A stretch of DNA of 64,000 nucleotides. It comes from Octopus vulgaris (lineage: Eukaryota). A model generated the notes under the pieces. That model was given only the letters and a program-made list of their open reading frames with translations, was not told where the DNA came from and ran no database searches. The DNA is taken from positions 215,140,001 to 215,204,000 of the forward strand of contig OX597814.1 of the NCBI GenBank assembly GCA_951406725.2, read 5' to 3'. How positions within the stretch are numbered: the stretch's first letter is position 1; each line of letters starts with the position of its first letter. The position numbers and the translations under genes were made by a program. This document shows, piece after piece, positions 24,701-37,112 of this stretch.

Positions 24701-25162
24701 TGACCGGTTCGTAGGTTTACCCAGGTTTTCACGTCCATAAAGCACTGAGATTTACGTCTTTTTTTATGCGCCCTTTTCAAGCCTAACCAGGCTCATGGGC
24801 CCGGTTTCCCGGTTTCTGTGGCGTATGTATTCCCCCCAGCTGGACGGGACGCATTACTCAAGAAACAGGAAGAAAGAGTGAGAGAAAGCTGGGGCGAAAG
24901 AGAACAACAGGGGTCGCCCCCCCCTACCGGAGCCTCGCGGAGCTTTAGGTGTTTTCGTTCAATAAACATACACAACGCCCGGTCTAGGAATCGAAACCGT
25001 GATTCTCCGACCGTGAGTCCGCTGCCCTAACCACTGGGCTATTGCGCCTCCACGAGATTTACGTACTTCTCGTTAAAACCAGGATTAAGGTCTGACGAGA
25101 CTTATGTTAAAAACCAATCGGTTTACGAACGCGAAATTCTGGGTAACCCTATGAACCGGCCA
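24701..25162. mobile_element. MITE with about 34-bp TIRs and TA flanks, interrupted by SINE B2
   Basis: tgaccggttcgtaggtttacccaggttttcacgt ... acgcgaaattctgggtaaccctatgaaccggcca; TA on both sides. Confidence 0.7.
24758..25053 (-). mobile_element. SINE family B, tail type 2
   Basis: Perfect 11-bp TSD gagatttacgt (24747-24757 / 25054-25064). Confidence 0.92.
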
Positions 25163-25667
25163 TAATAATCTTTATTTAAATATATATATATACACACAAC
25201 ATCAATAATTCTAGGATGGAATTTATGAATATTTAATACACCGCTACGTGCGTTTCCACAAATTACATGATTTTAACATCAGAGTCTGTATCCATGGGAT
25301 TAGTAGAGTATAGTCCATGTTATCCAGTGGGCGTCCGGTTGATCGTCACCATTGAGTAATTTCATCAGGCGATACTGCATTAATGGATGAATCACAAAGG
25401 GATGTTTATTCCTTCTTGTATATATGCGTATATATGGATATATATTTATGCATATATATACATATATACATACATACATATACATACACACACATATATT
25501 ACATACAGTGAATACATTCACACGAATGCAAACATACCCACCCACACACACACATATAGTTATATATATATATATATATATATATACATGCACACACACA
25601 TAAGAATAGTATTGACTGAGGGGTTAGATCGTTGGATGAGATGACTTGAGATTAACTTTAGCTTCCA

Positions 25668-25669
25668 TC

Positions 25670-25731
<62 letters not shown>

Positions 25732-25790
25732 GTCTATATGTCTGTCTATCTATCTGTCTATCTGTCTGTCTGTCTTTCTGTCTATCTATA
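25668..25790. repeat. (TCTA)n/(TCTG)n microsatellite
   Basis: Visible directly in the sequence. Confidence 0.95.
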
Positions 25791-26942
25791 TGCGTACACA
25801 CATACATATGTATATATACATTTATAAAATCAGTGTATATGTATGTATCATTATATGTATGTGTGTGCTTACAAAGAAATATGTGTGAACAGTGAACATT
25901 TGGTGGTAATATTTTCATGGTTTTAAACATTGTTGGGCTGACATAGTAAACCGTGAGAATAAAAATGTCTTAGAAGTAGAAAAGAGACAGATAAAGATGT
26001 TGGCATGGATGCAAAATAACTTGTTATCAGAGATTAGAGATTGACTGGAACAAAAGAGTGAGAAGTGCAGAGATAAACCCACCTCCTACTAACAAAACAG
26101 AAAACTTTTATGTTGCTTGCATTAATTATGTTAATATCATTATCACTTCTGTAACCAACGCTACCACCATCTCTAGTACTACCACCATCGTTGCCGTTGT
26201 CGTCTTTATTAGAATCATCATCGACTAAAAGTCTCAGCCAAGTGTATCCCAAACCACACACTAACCTTTTTAAAAGGGAAAAATACTTGATGATGTAGAT
26301 TTAGTTGCTCACTAGTGGACGGCTTTTGATCACAGGTGTACTTCATCATATCTGAACTATAATTAAACAACAGGCACAAGTACCATCGCATTCTATATCA
26401 TTATGGCATCAGTTATTACCACGATATCAACCAGCGACCTCCCCTCCCATCATTTCCTCCATTTCTTCAGCATTATCAGTCTGCTTCAGATATATAGACT
26501 ATATATATGTATTTTCTATATGGCAGACTTGATTAAGAATTTATTTATATTAATCTATTTTCGTTCTAATTCTGACATTAATTAAAATCTTAAGACGTGC
26601 TCCAGAGAAGGTATCTACGAAGTAGGTTGAAGCGAGTATCCAACATTATCATTACCATCGTTTTATGTTGGCATTTTAAAACTATTTTGTAGTGCATCAG
26701 CTTGCTTTGCCAGGATATGTTCATTGTTCAACACTGGTCTCCATATAACTCATATAACAGTATGATTAACCACTAAGTTTATTACTATTTCTTTTTCTTT
26801 CCCATTCTGATTCGTTCTACTAATGAAGTATGAACAATAATGAGATCATAGTATATACTTTCTCTCTCTCCCCTTCTCCTTTTACAACGTTGATAATTTA
26901 ATTTAATATAATGCAAGGTTTAATGAACCCTAGATTACTGAC

Positions 26943-26995
26943 CATATCGCACTGATGAGATCCATCTAGATCGAAATAGCAGCTATATACGAATG
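26943..26995 (+). ncRNA. Type I hammerhead ribozyme, canonical core
   Basis: catatcgca-CTGATGA-gatc-catcta-gatc-GAAA-tagc-a-gcta-TA-tacgaatg; AUA triplet; stem I has one mismatch and a bulge. Confidence 0.8.
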
Positions 26996-27600
26996 TTAAG
27001 GATTCTATAATTAAATAAGATAATGAAATATAAATTGATAAAAGTGCATAAAAACACTGTGTTTCTTTCACTTTAATTACAGATATAATTATTTTGTTAT
27101 ATGGATGTATTTTATTATTATTACACTAGTGCATGCTAATTTAGTTAGCAGATTTTTTTATCTTGAGGTTTGGCGACTTGACATCAAGTAACATGGATTT
27201 TCAGAGTTGTTAGAGCGTAGGAAATATGTTCTGCAGCATTTGTTCCGGCTCTTTATGTTCTTAGCTTAAATCTCATCGGGGTCAACTCTGCCTTTGTTTC
27301 CAGGTAGATAAAATAAGAACTAGAGAAGTGTTGGGGTCGATGTAATCGACTAACTCCCCTTCACCCAAATTGCTGACCTCTTGCCTAAATTATAAATAAC
27401 TATTATTATCAAGGCAGAAAGACAGCAGAATCAATCATTAAGGAGTCGAGAAAAAATGCTTGCAGTATGTCCTCCGAAACTTTGCATTCTGAATTCATAG
27501 CCCGCCGGGGTCAGCTTTGTCTTTCATCCCTTCGGGGTCGATAACATACACGCCAATTAAAGGCTAACGTTGATGGCTAATAATATTGATGACTAATACC

Positions 27601-27834
27601 TATTTCTATACTACCCACAAGGGGACTAAACACAGATAGGACAAACAAGGACAGACAAACGGATTAAGTCGATTATATCGACCCCAGTGCGTAACTGGTA
27701 CTTATTTAATCGACCCCGAAAGAATGAAAGGCAAAGTGGACCTCGGCGGAATTTGAACTCAGAACGTAGCGGCAGGCGAAATACCGCTAAGCATTTCGCC
27801 CAGCCTGCTAACGTTTCTGCCAGTTCGCCGCCTT
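27601..27834 (-). mobile_element. SINE family A, full length
   Basis: TSD gatgactaatacc on both sides; older A-type fragments at 27205-27560. Confidence 0.92.
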
Positions 27835-27899
27835 GATGACTAATACCCTTTCTGTTCAAAATTGCTGTCCATTTTTTGACTCGGAGTACAATTGAGTCT

Positions 27900-29700
27900 C
27901 TGAACATTTTGTGCTTCAGTTATTGGTTTTGTTTCACTTACACACGCAGCATTTTGCTTATATTAGTTTTAGGATCCTTATACTTTGGCAGTTTCTTTGA
28001 TTTCCTTCTGGATAGTTTCGATCAGAAGGGATCGATACGTCTATCATAGTACATTCTCTTTCGTTCTTGTTCTTAATAGTTATGTCTCGATTGTTTGCTT
28101 TGATTTCATTCTGAATTTGGACAGGCATCGCAGATAATTCATGTCAAGCCATTATCATGTACTATATGTGGCACGCGCCTATCTCACTTATTCATTTTCA
28201 CATTGAAGTGTCGGCATATTCCGAGTGTCGTGTCAGTGAATATGCTCGGATTTGGCAATGACAGCGCAACCTGAAATAACGAGTTTCAATGTCTCCTTTT
28301 TGGATTGTTTAGTCTCTTTCATTAGTTACTTTTTCTTGTGATTGGTAGCTTAGCATTGATCTTATGCAACTAAAATCAAATATTCCTTTTCTATTTTGGG
28401 GCCAGAACATTTGAACCATTGTTGGCTGCCACTCTGGCGTACATCCTCTTTATAGAGACTGGCAGATATTAGTCACAGAATAGTGTTTTTCTCCAATTCT
28501 CTTCAGTATAACTTGGAATTTCATTTCATTTTGTCTTTTGTTTGTGTTAGCCTTTCTCTATTGTTTATTCTTTATTCAGATCTTTTCCTTCTGTGTATTT
28601 ACTCTCTGACTTGTCCTCTTTTGTTTTCCTTTACAAAAAGAAAGATTTGTTTTCTTGTTCTTTTATTACACCAATGAGTTTCTCGTTGCTTACATTTAAG
28701 TGTTTTTTCAGTTGTTATTTTATATCATCTTTTTTCCTATTTGTATTCGACTCTTTTCTTCCTGCCTGCAGGGTAGATTAGGTATGTTCCATCAATACAA
28801 CATACCATCAATGAAAGGGTTGTGCCTTCAGAAACTTGTTTATAGCTTAATGGTTTTATGTTTTAGTTCTTCGACATATCTAACTTCTAATTTATTATTT
28901 TGTAGCTGTAGAGAATAATTTGGATGGCTATTGTATTTATTCTTATCGTCTAATTTCTAGAACTGAGTTTTGTTTTTAACATTGTCTGATTCTTTTGTCG
29001 CACGCTTTTCTTCTTCAATTATATGTGTTGTATTCCTATCAGTTTCATCTATTCTGAAATATTTGTGTTGGTTTCATGGTTTATTTATTTGTTTATAGTG
29101 TCTAGATGTTATACAATGTACTCAATTTTACCGAATTTATCTCTTTGTATAATAGCTTTGGCACGTATGTCTAGACCTATACTAAATTTTATATCTTGTC
29201 TGAATTCACGAACAACTTTAGTAGGCTCTCTGTGTATTTTTAAAAATCAGACTACATAGAAGAGTTTATAATCTATTCCTTCTATAACATTAATTCACTT
29301 ATAATTAGTAGTTGTTTCATTAAATTAGAAATGAAGAGCCTTCTTGAAAGCTTCCTCTTCTTACGTACTAGTTAAATTTTTTTCTTTATTTTATTGTCAT
29401 TAACATTGTTTTTCAATTTAGCATAACAGTATGATGCATCGTGTCAGCAATGGAACTGTTTCATTGACATCGAATATTTCCTGTTTCTAAGTTTATTGTA
29501 TACTAATTAATGCTTATTATTCATTAACATTCTTTTTTTTTCATTATTTTCACGCTAGTCTTTATAGCATCATTAAGTGAACTTCCGAATTCCCGAGGTG
29601 TTCACATTATTGTCTTTTGTAAAATTGGTGTTTGTATGTTTCATCAATATTATTTCGTGTGGAATTTGTGTCGTTGTTTCTTGTGATACTTTAGTGTTTC
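27900..29700 (-). pseudogene. Decayed R4/Dong-type non-LTR retrotransposon (RT + CCHC + restriction-like endonuclease)
   Basis: Ordered minus-strand motifs: RGSFQEG (like RGIFQGD), VREFRQDIKFSIGLDIRAK (like FS.DI.M.FGLDKCAK), QQWFKCSGPKIEKEYLILVA*DQ (like QWL..SGLK.ETEG...AAQDQ), ETLKLVISGC..IAKSEHIH*HD, IKANNRDITIK....CTMIDVSIPSD..KYKD (like RPD..ID..P.D..K..KY.DL). Many stops and frameshifts. Confidence 0.85.
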
Positions 29701-29807
29701 GTCTCTATGCTGAGTAGGATATAGGATATGTAGTTTGATTTGTGTTAACTTGTTGGACGCTGACTGCATAGAATTTGTGCCGTGTGGGTTGCGTGAGTCG
29801 TGTTATA

Positions 29808-30018
29808 CAGGGTGTCCCAGAAGTCACGCACCATTCTGGTTTTTATTTAAAATAATTAAAGCATTTTATTTTATTATATTTTTTTCGGCATGTTTTATTG
29901 TAGAGGGTGCTCAATTTGAGCATTTGTTATGGTTAATTTCAATAACGTGTTTTTGAAATCAGTAAGGGTGTATTCTTTTAAAAAAACCAGGGCGATGCGC
30001 GACTCCTGGGACACCCTG
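29808..30018. mobile_element. Tc1/mariner-type MITE
   Basis: TIRs cagggtgtcccagaagtcacgca / tgcgcgactcctgggacaccctg with TA TSD (29806-07, 30019-20). Confidence 0.9.
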
Positions 30019-30373
30019 TATTGTTTGTTGGCAATATTGTATTACATGAGTTGTGAGAATTGTTGGTAGTGTATGGGCCGTGTTGTTAGTATCAGAAGTT
30101 GTAGATTATGTAAGAAGATTTAACTAAACTGAGAGATGAATGAAAACAAACAACAAAAAAAGGCGGAAAAAAGTAAGAGCTACAACTGCATCCTCGAAGA
30201 AGTTTCTTCTAAAAGCTAACAACAGTAACAACAACAACAAGATGCATACAAATACAAACAAGCAAAAACAAGCACAAACATACACAGATATAGTTTTGGC
30301 ACTCTCTGATTCCCTACATGAACAGAATGGTGAGGGCTACGATGAAGAGACGGGAAAATAATAGCAGATGGAT

Positions 30374-30758
30374 GGAAGCACTCCGTCGGTTACGACGATG
30401 AGGGTTCCAGTTGATCCGAATCAACGGAACAGCCTGCTCGTGAAATTAACGTGTAAGTGGCTGAGCACTCCACAGACACGTGTACCCTTAACGTAGTTCT
30501 CGGGGATATTCAGCGTGACACAGAGAGTGACAAGGCCGTCCCCTTGAAATACAGGTACAGCAGAAACAGGAAGTAAGAGTGAGAGAAATTTGTGGTGAAA
30601 GAGTACAGCAGGGATCACCACCATCCCCTGCCGGAGCTTCGTGGAGCTTTTTAGGTGTTTTCGCTCAATAAACACTCACAACGCCCGGTCTGGGAATCGA
30701 AACCGCGATCCTATGACCGCAAGTCCGCTGCCCTAACCACTGGGCAATTGCGCCTCCA
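30374..30758 (-). mobile_element. SINE family B, tail type 1
   Basis: TSD aatagcagat(g/a)ga. Confidence 0.92.
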
Positions 30759-30977
30759 CAATAGCAGATAGAGAGGTTGTCAAAGAAGACGAAGGATGGA
30801 ACATGGAGGAAATTTCAGCTAAGAACATAAAGAGCCGGAACAATTGCTGCAGAACCATGGAACTTCTTGATGTCAAGTCGCCAACCCCGAATATCTCGCC
30901 GCTCACGAAACTCACGAAATTCAAAAGAACGTAACGAAACAAGTTAGTCAGACGACTGGCCAACAAGAACAAGATAA

Positions 30978-31361
30978 GGAAGCACTCTGTCGGTCACGAC
31001 GACGAGGGTTCCGGTTGATCAGATCAACGGAACAGCCTGCTCGTGAAATTAACGTGCAAGTGGCTGAGCACTCCACAGACATGTGTACCCTTAACGTAGT
31101 TCTCGGGGATATTCAGCGTGACACAGAGAGTGACAAGGCCGGCCCTTTGAAATACAGGTACAACAGAAACAGGAAGTAAGAGTGAGAGAAAGTTGTGGTG
31201 AAAGAGTACAGCAGGGATCACCACCATCCCCTGCCGGAGCCTCGTGGAGCTTTTTAGGTGTTTTCGCTCAATAAATACTCACAACGCCCGGTCTGGGAAT
31301 CGAAACCGCGATCCTACGACCACGAGTCCGCTGCCCTAACCACTGGGCCATTGCGCCTCCA
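30978..31361 (-). mobile_element. SINE family B, tail type 1
   Basis: TSD acaagaacaagataa. Confidence 0.92.
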
Positions 31362-31526
31362 CAAGAACAAGATAAACAACAACAGTAACAATATTAGCAG
31401 CAACAAAAGGATTCCACTAAAACGACACCAACAAGTGTAGAAACAATAATTGCAACGACTTCTATAACAGCAGCGGTAGATAACAAAACTAAAATGTATA
31501 ACAGCATCAACAAAAGGACCCGCTAG

Positions 31527-31572
31527 TTATTAGTATTATTATTATTATTATTAATATTATTATTATTATTAA

Positions 31573-31619
<47 letters not shown>
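31527..31619. repeat. (TAT)n microsatellite
   Basis: Visible directly; abuts the Helitron 5' end. Confidence 0.95.
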
Positions 31620-31620
<1 letters not shown>

Positions 31621-32016
31621 CTTTATATATAAAAGTGAAGTTGTGTGTCTGTCTCCTACGATTTAGATTCCTAACTACTCCCACATTTTGAGGTGCAGTT
31701 TAACCAAAACCGGGTATCTTATAGTCGTGATTCATATCGAGCCCTTCTGGGTATTAGCACGCGTCTACGATGAGTCTACGATTTAAAAAAAATTTACCAT
31801 CATTTTTTTCCATTTTAATGCACTTTTTTAGCTATTATATAAGGGAAGTAACTCTCTAAAAATGTCTACGATGAGTCAACGATTTAAAAAAAAATTACTA
31901 TCATTTTTTATTCCATTTTTAATGCATTTTTTGCTATTTTTTTGCTATAACTCACTAAAAATGCTTATATAGTTATTTCCCTTACAAACCCGAGCAACGC
32001 CGGGCGATACTGCTAG
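31620..32016 (+). mobile_element. Non-autonomous Helitron
   Basis: A|TC...hairpin cccgagcaacgccggg...CTAG|T; internal tandem duplication starting tctacgatgagtc. Confidence 0.9.
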
Positions 32017-32544
32017 TTGTTTATATTGCTGTTGTGGTTTTGTTCCTGTGGATGCATTTATTTCTCAGAGTTCTGCACAGAGTGTCATTTCCTCCAGGAA
32101 TACGAGTCGAAAATATTCTTTAGTTCGTTTCATCAACGAAATCGTTTGCAATATTTGAATATCCATTCCATTTCCCCGGGGGTAGAAAAAGCGGTTCGTC
32201 CAAATTTTTATATTTTTTTTTTAATTTTTAGTATATATATTTCTATTATTTGCCATTTATAGATTTTACTCTAGTTATAAAATGGTTGATTCAGAAATAA
32301 CTTTACAGAGAAGTTCGCCAAAGTAGTGGAAGCAGTAACCTAAATAACCCAAAGACACACATTTCCCAATTTGTCAGTGTTTTCAAACATGGAAATAGAC
32401 TTTTATGGAAATTAAATAAACTGACAGAGCTTTAGGTATATAAGCACATCAGTTGCACAATGGAAAAACATACACACACACACACACACACAAAAAAAGA
32501 ATCGTTTTGAAGACATTTAAGCGAAAATAAACAATATAAGAAAT

Positions 32545-32563
32545 ACCACCACCACCACCACCA

Positions 32564-32632
<69 letters not shown>

Positions 32633-32826
32633 CCAACACCACCACCACCACCAACACCACCACCACCACCACCACCACCACCACCACCACCACCACCACC
32701 ACCACCACCACCACCACCACGACCAACACCACGACCAACACCACCACCACCACTACCACCACCACCACCACCACCACCACCACCACCACCACCACCACCA
32801 CCACCACCACCAACACCACCACCACC

Positions 32827-32884
<58 letters not shown>

Positions 32885-33074
32885 CACCAACACCACCACC
32901 ACCACCAACACCACCACCACCACCACCACCACCACCACCACCACCACCACCACCACCACCACCACCACCACCACCACCACCACCACGACCAACACCACCA
33001 CCACCACTACCACCAAAACCACCACCACCACCACCACCACCACCACCACCACAACCACCACCACCACCACCACC

Positions 33075-33106
<32 letters not shown>

Positions 33107-33118
33107 CAACAACAAAAA
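32545..33118. repeat. Compound (CAC)n/(CAG)n/(CAA)n trinucleotide array
   Basis: Visible directly; produces the poly-G/V/L ORFs. Confidence 0.95.
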
Positions 33119-33289
33119 CAATGACAGCTGTTGTAGCAGCGACATATTTAGCAACAACTGCGTCATTAGGAGCCCCTCGACATGAACCAACTGAAGTTGA
33201 TAGGAAAGAGACATGTCGAGGCAGCTCCTCATTGGCAGAATTTACCCAGGAAAAGCAAGGAAGAGAATAAAGTTTACCTGCTCGAGTCA

Positions 33290-33520
33290 TGCCGACTGAT
33301 AAGGATTAGTTTCCCGGTTGCCATGGCGTATTAATTTCCCCACCTGGACGGAATGCCGGTCCGTTGCAGGATTACTAATTTTTGTCAGCTGAGTAGACCG
33401 GAGCAACGCGAAATGAAGTGTCTTGTTGAAGGACACAACGTGTCGCCCGGTCTGGGAATCGAAACCACACTCTTACGATCATGAGTCCAACACCCAAACC
33501 TCTATGCCTCGCGCCTCCAC
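33290..33520 (-). mobile_element. SINE (family E-related)
   Basis: tRNA-like head on the minus strand; gaaatgaagtgtcttg..gacacaacg; V-like ccacctggacggaatgccggtcc. Confidence 0.7.
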
Positions 33521-33610
33521 AAGGAGGAGAATTGTGATATACTTGTTCCCAAAGAACATGTAGGGTTTCAATATGCCCTCGAAAATAAGATGGAAGGATA
33601 TATATATATA

Positions 33611-33784
33611 TTTTTTCCTCTGTCTTCCCATCTCGGGATCTTTCCTTCTCCTTTGTTTCCGACGAAGAGCTCCGCTCGAAACGTTGAACCCTCCTTCCCT
33701 TCTTTCCTGAGCGTCAAATAATACTTTAATTGTTCCACGTCCTCGCGTTGCTGTGTTTTTTTCTGTGTTTTCTTGTTTGGATTA

Positions 33785-33788
<4 letters not shown>
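33611..33788 (+). mobile_element. (TA)n-flanked solo Penelope-like pseudo-LTR with minimal hammerhead (33655-33689)
   Basis: gttt-CCGACGA-a-gagc-tcc-gctc-GAAA-cg-TT-gaac; homologous to the end of the PLE at 47870-48070. Confidence 0.7.
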
Positions 33789-33846
<58 letters not shown>

Positions 33847-34127
33847 GAAATGTATGCTCCTTCGAATGAGGCAGGGTATAGTGTCATTGTGGTCGTTAAG
33901 ATCAAGATGTTAAGCAGAGTTGGTACTCTAAACGCCTCCCTGCAGGCTGGTGCCATGGCAGAAGCGTTCAAAGACTGCGAGGATTATTGGCTCATAGTTG
34001 CTGCTAATGCCCTGACTTCTCCCGTGCGTTTAATTTTTATATAACTTATTTTAATTACTGTGTTTCATCGTACAATTTTCATTTATTTCGTGATTTATAA
34101 ATTTTTGAAATACGTTTCAGTCATATA

Positions 34128-34312
34128 AGGCGGCGAGCTGGCAGAATCGTTAACACGCCGGGTAAAATGCTTAGCAGCATTTCGTCCGTCTTTACATTCT
34201 GAGTTCAAATGAGGCCGAGGTCGACTTTACCTTTCATCCTTTCGTGGTCGATAAAATAAGTACTAATTGAGCACTGGGGTTCGACGTAATCGACTTAAAC
34301 CCTCCTCCTGAA
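34128..34312 (+). mobile_element. SINE family A
   Basis: Head and core match. Confidence 0.85.
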
Positions 34313-34569
34313 ATTGCGAGAGGAGGGTTTAACACGAGAGAAAAACCAGAAGGAAAACACACCAGGATAAAACACCACCTACAAAATATTCAACTCCATT
34401 CACAACAGCAACAAGAAATTGCACTTTCGTCGAACTTTGTACCAGTAAGAAGAAAAGAAATAAAGAATTATTTACTCTCATAATACAAACTGGGGATATA
34501 GACAGAGGTAGAGGCTTTCAATAAAAGCACAGTGAAAGTTCCAGAGGACTTGAAATTGGTAAGGCTGCC

Positions 34570-34791
<222 letters not shown>

Positions 34792-37070
34792 AATAATATG
34801 AGAGAGAATTACTTACATGACGCTGGCAACACCGGCGTTACGACCGTAAACAGATTACTTCTGAGTTTACTCAAAGAACCCCACACAGAAAAGCATTAAG
34901 AATATTATGGCACGTGATGAATGGCAACGTAAATATATTCCAGAATGTAGTTATGTCACATTATGTTCTGAGTTCAAACCTTGTCAAGAATGATTTTTCT
35001 TCCCCACTTTCTGGGTCGAAAAAATATGTATTACTCAAGTATTGGAGTTGATGTTATCGATTATATCATTCCTCCACCAAAATTTTGCAATTTTGGACCA
35101 TTGCTAAAAAGAGAGAAATTAATTAAATTTCTTTAATATCGAATTCTATAAATTGTAGTATCATACAGATCAGAGAGTCAATATGTCAATTCAGTTCCTT
35201 CAAGCTAAAATTCAAATTATGCGACACATCACACAAACTCGCTATAATTATATGCAGATTTAGGCAGAATATTTTATGTATGTATTTCTAATCAAATTAT
35301 CAGATGCTACATCAAAATACAACATTCAATTAAATGTAAGTACACTGATCTGGCCTTTTTTTTTTTTTCTTTTTTGGTAAATCTTCTAACGTGTGACTGA
35401 TTATGAGTATCTGCTGAATTTACAGTAATATGGGAAGCATGCTTATTATAATAAATTTCAATTTTTTTCTGATATTTCATAACAAATTTGCTGATATTAA
35501 GAAATATTTTCCTGCTCAAAGAAATCATATTGCAGTGGTGTCAATTGTTCAGAGTTGGTTACTTCATTGGTTTCAATAAATTTCCTATTATGCTATGCAA
35601 AAAAGACACGGTCCTATCAAAAGTTTTGACAGTACAGTTGGTTATGATAGAATTTCGAAGTAACAAGATTTTACTTATCTATATTCTGATTGAATCGTCT
35701 AAATGTAGAAATATATGGCCATGAGCTGACATTTTGTGGCAAATCTGAGCTCTATCGTGATTGTATTGCAACTAAATTTTAACTGTTTGACATATTAATG
35801 AATTGGCTTTTGAGTCACGTTAAGTAAAAAAAATAATGGAGATGATTAGTTTAGATATGATGTCTTGTGGTGTTGGGATTGTAGTGTCAAGAAAACGGAT
35901 TCTAAATTCTGGTATATCAGTCTGATAGATCAACCATTCATCTTAGGTTATCTTGGCCTGGATGTAGTGCACTGAAAATATTATTGCATGAATTTGCAAT
36001 TTCGTGTATCACATAGGAACCCAACAATATATAATACTAAAACTCTTGACCATAATACTAAAATTCTGTTGACTACTGATGATTATTTTGTGTTTTCTTC
36101 GGACGTCCACACTATTCTATAAAAGAAATGTTTGCCCCCTTTTTGCTTGTCGATTTTAGTTTTTCCTACAGTACTCACTACTTTGTGTGAACAAGATTGC
36201 TTTATCTGGTGTAAGATGATTGCCCTCATTAATGAGATCTTCCCTGATTTAGTTGAGTCAGTTTAAAAACAATTCTGTCGCAAATTATTTCATACTACCG
36301 GCAATTAAAATGTATAGTTTTGTCACGAACTGTTTAATAAACTAACGACCTTGTACTTTATTTTTGAATTTGTAACTTGAACGCAGGATATGATCGAAGT
36401 ATACTTTGAATAACTAATTTTTATATATATATCTTTAATTTACATCCCAATTATTAAATACGTCTCAAGTCTTTTCACAAGCCTAAGCAAGTAAACGACA
36501 AACTTTATAAATTTTTCGTTTACACTTGGTGTTCTAAAAATAATTAAACATGCTCTTGAAACTTATTATTTTTCTACCCGATTAGTTGAGCTATTTGTGA
36601 CCCTCTGAAAGAGTCTTTGTGCATGTGTGCAAGGGCCACAAAGATGTTCCAAAAGGATCCGCTGCTGTTACTTTATAATAATTCTCTATTTGGATCAATC
36701 TCTGTTCTTCCTATATAGGTGTAAGCACAGCATCTATATTGGCTTGCGGATGATGGGCGCAGAACGCTGTATGTAATTTAATTTTCCTCCATAAACATTA
36801 CAATTTACTTAAATTCCAATATATAATATTGGTGTTTAGTTTATAGTTAAGATGACTATTTATACATGTATTTACACATGTTTCCAGATTAACAGAAGTG
36901 TTTGAAGCAGTTGTATACTATCAACTTAACGTGACAGTCCCATGAAGAGATACACACCACCGCTATTTAGCCCTAGGAAGCGTCAACGCTTCCTATCGGC
37001 CTTGACACATTTCCTGTGTCCTTATGTTTACAAAGGGGAGACAAGCACCCCCATCCAGCTAAGCCTGCAG

Positions 37071-37112
37071 CCAGACACATTGTTTCTGAGTCGTTGCTCG
37101 TCATCAGTCTGG
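37071..37112 (-). ncRNA. Hammerhead-like motif with GUG at the cleavage triplet
   Basis: ccaga-CTGATGA-c-gag-caacga-ctc-a-GAAA-caatg-TG-tctgg; perfect 5-bp stem I. Confidence 0.55.

Noticed and set aside
25089-25130. Hammerhead-like CTGACGA-gac..gtt-aaaa
   Set aside because: GAAA is absent, stem I does not pair, and it lies inside a MITE.
25325-25372. Minus-strand CTGATGA with a weak hairpin
   Set aside because: No GAAA or stem III; the CTGATGA at 10603 and 21490 fail for the same reason.
32517-33290. 257-aa poly-G/V/L ORF, or poly-Q/H on the plus strand
   Set aside because: Compound trinucleotide repeat with frame slips; no domain or splice support.
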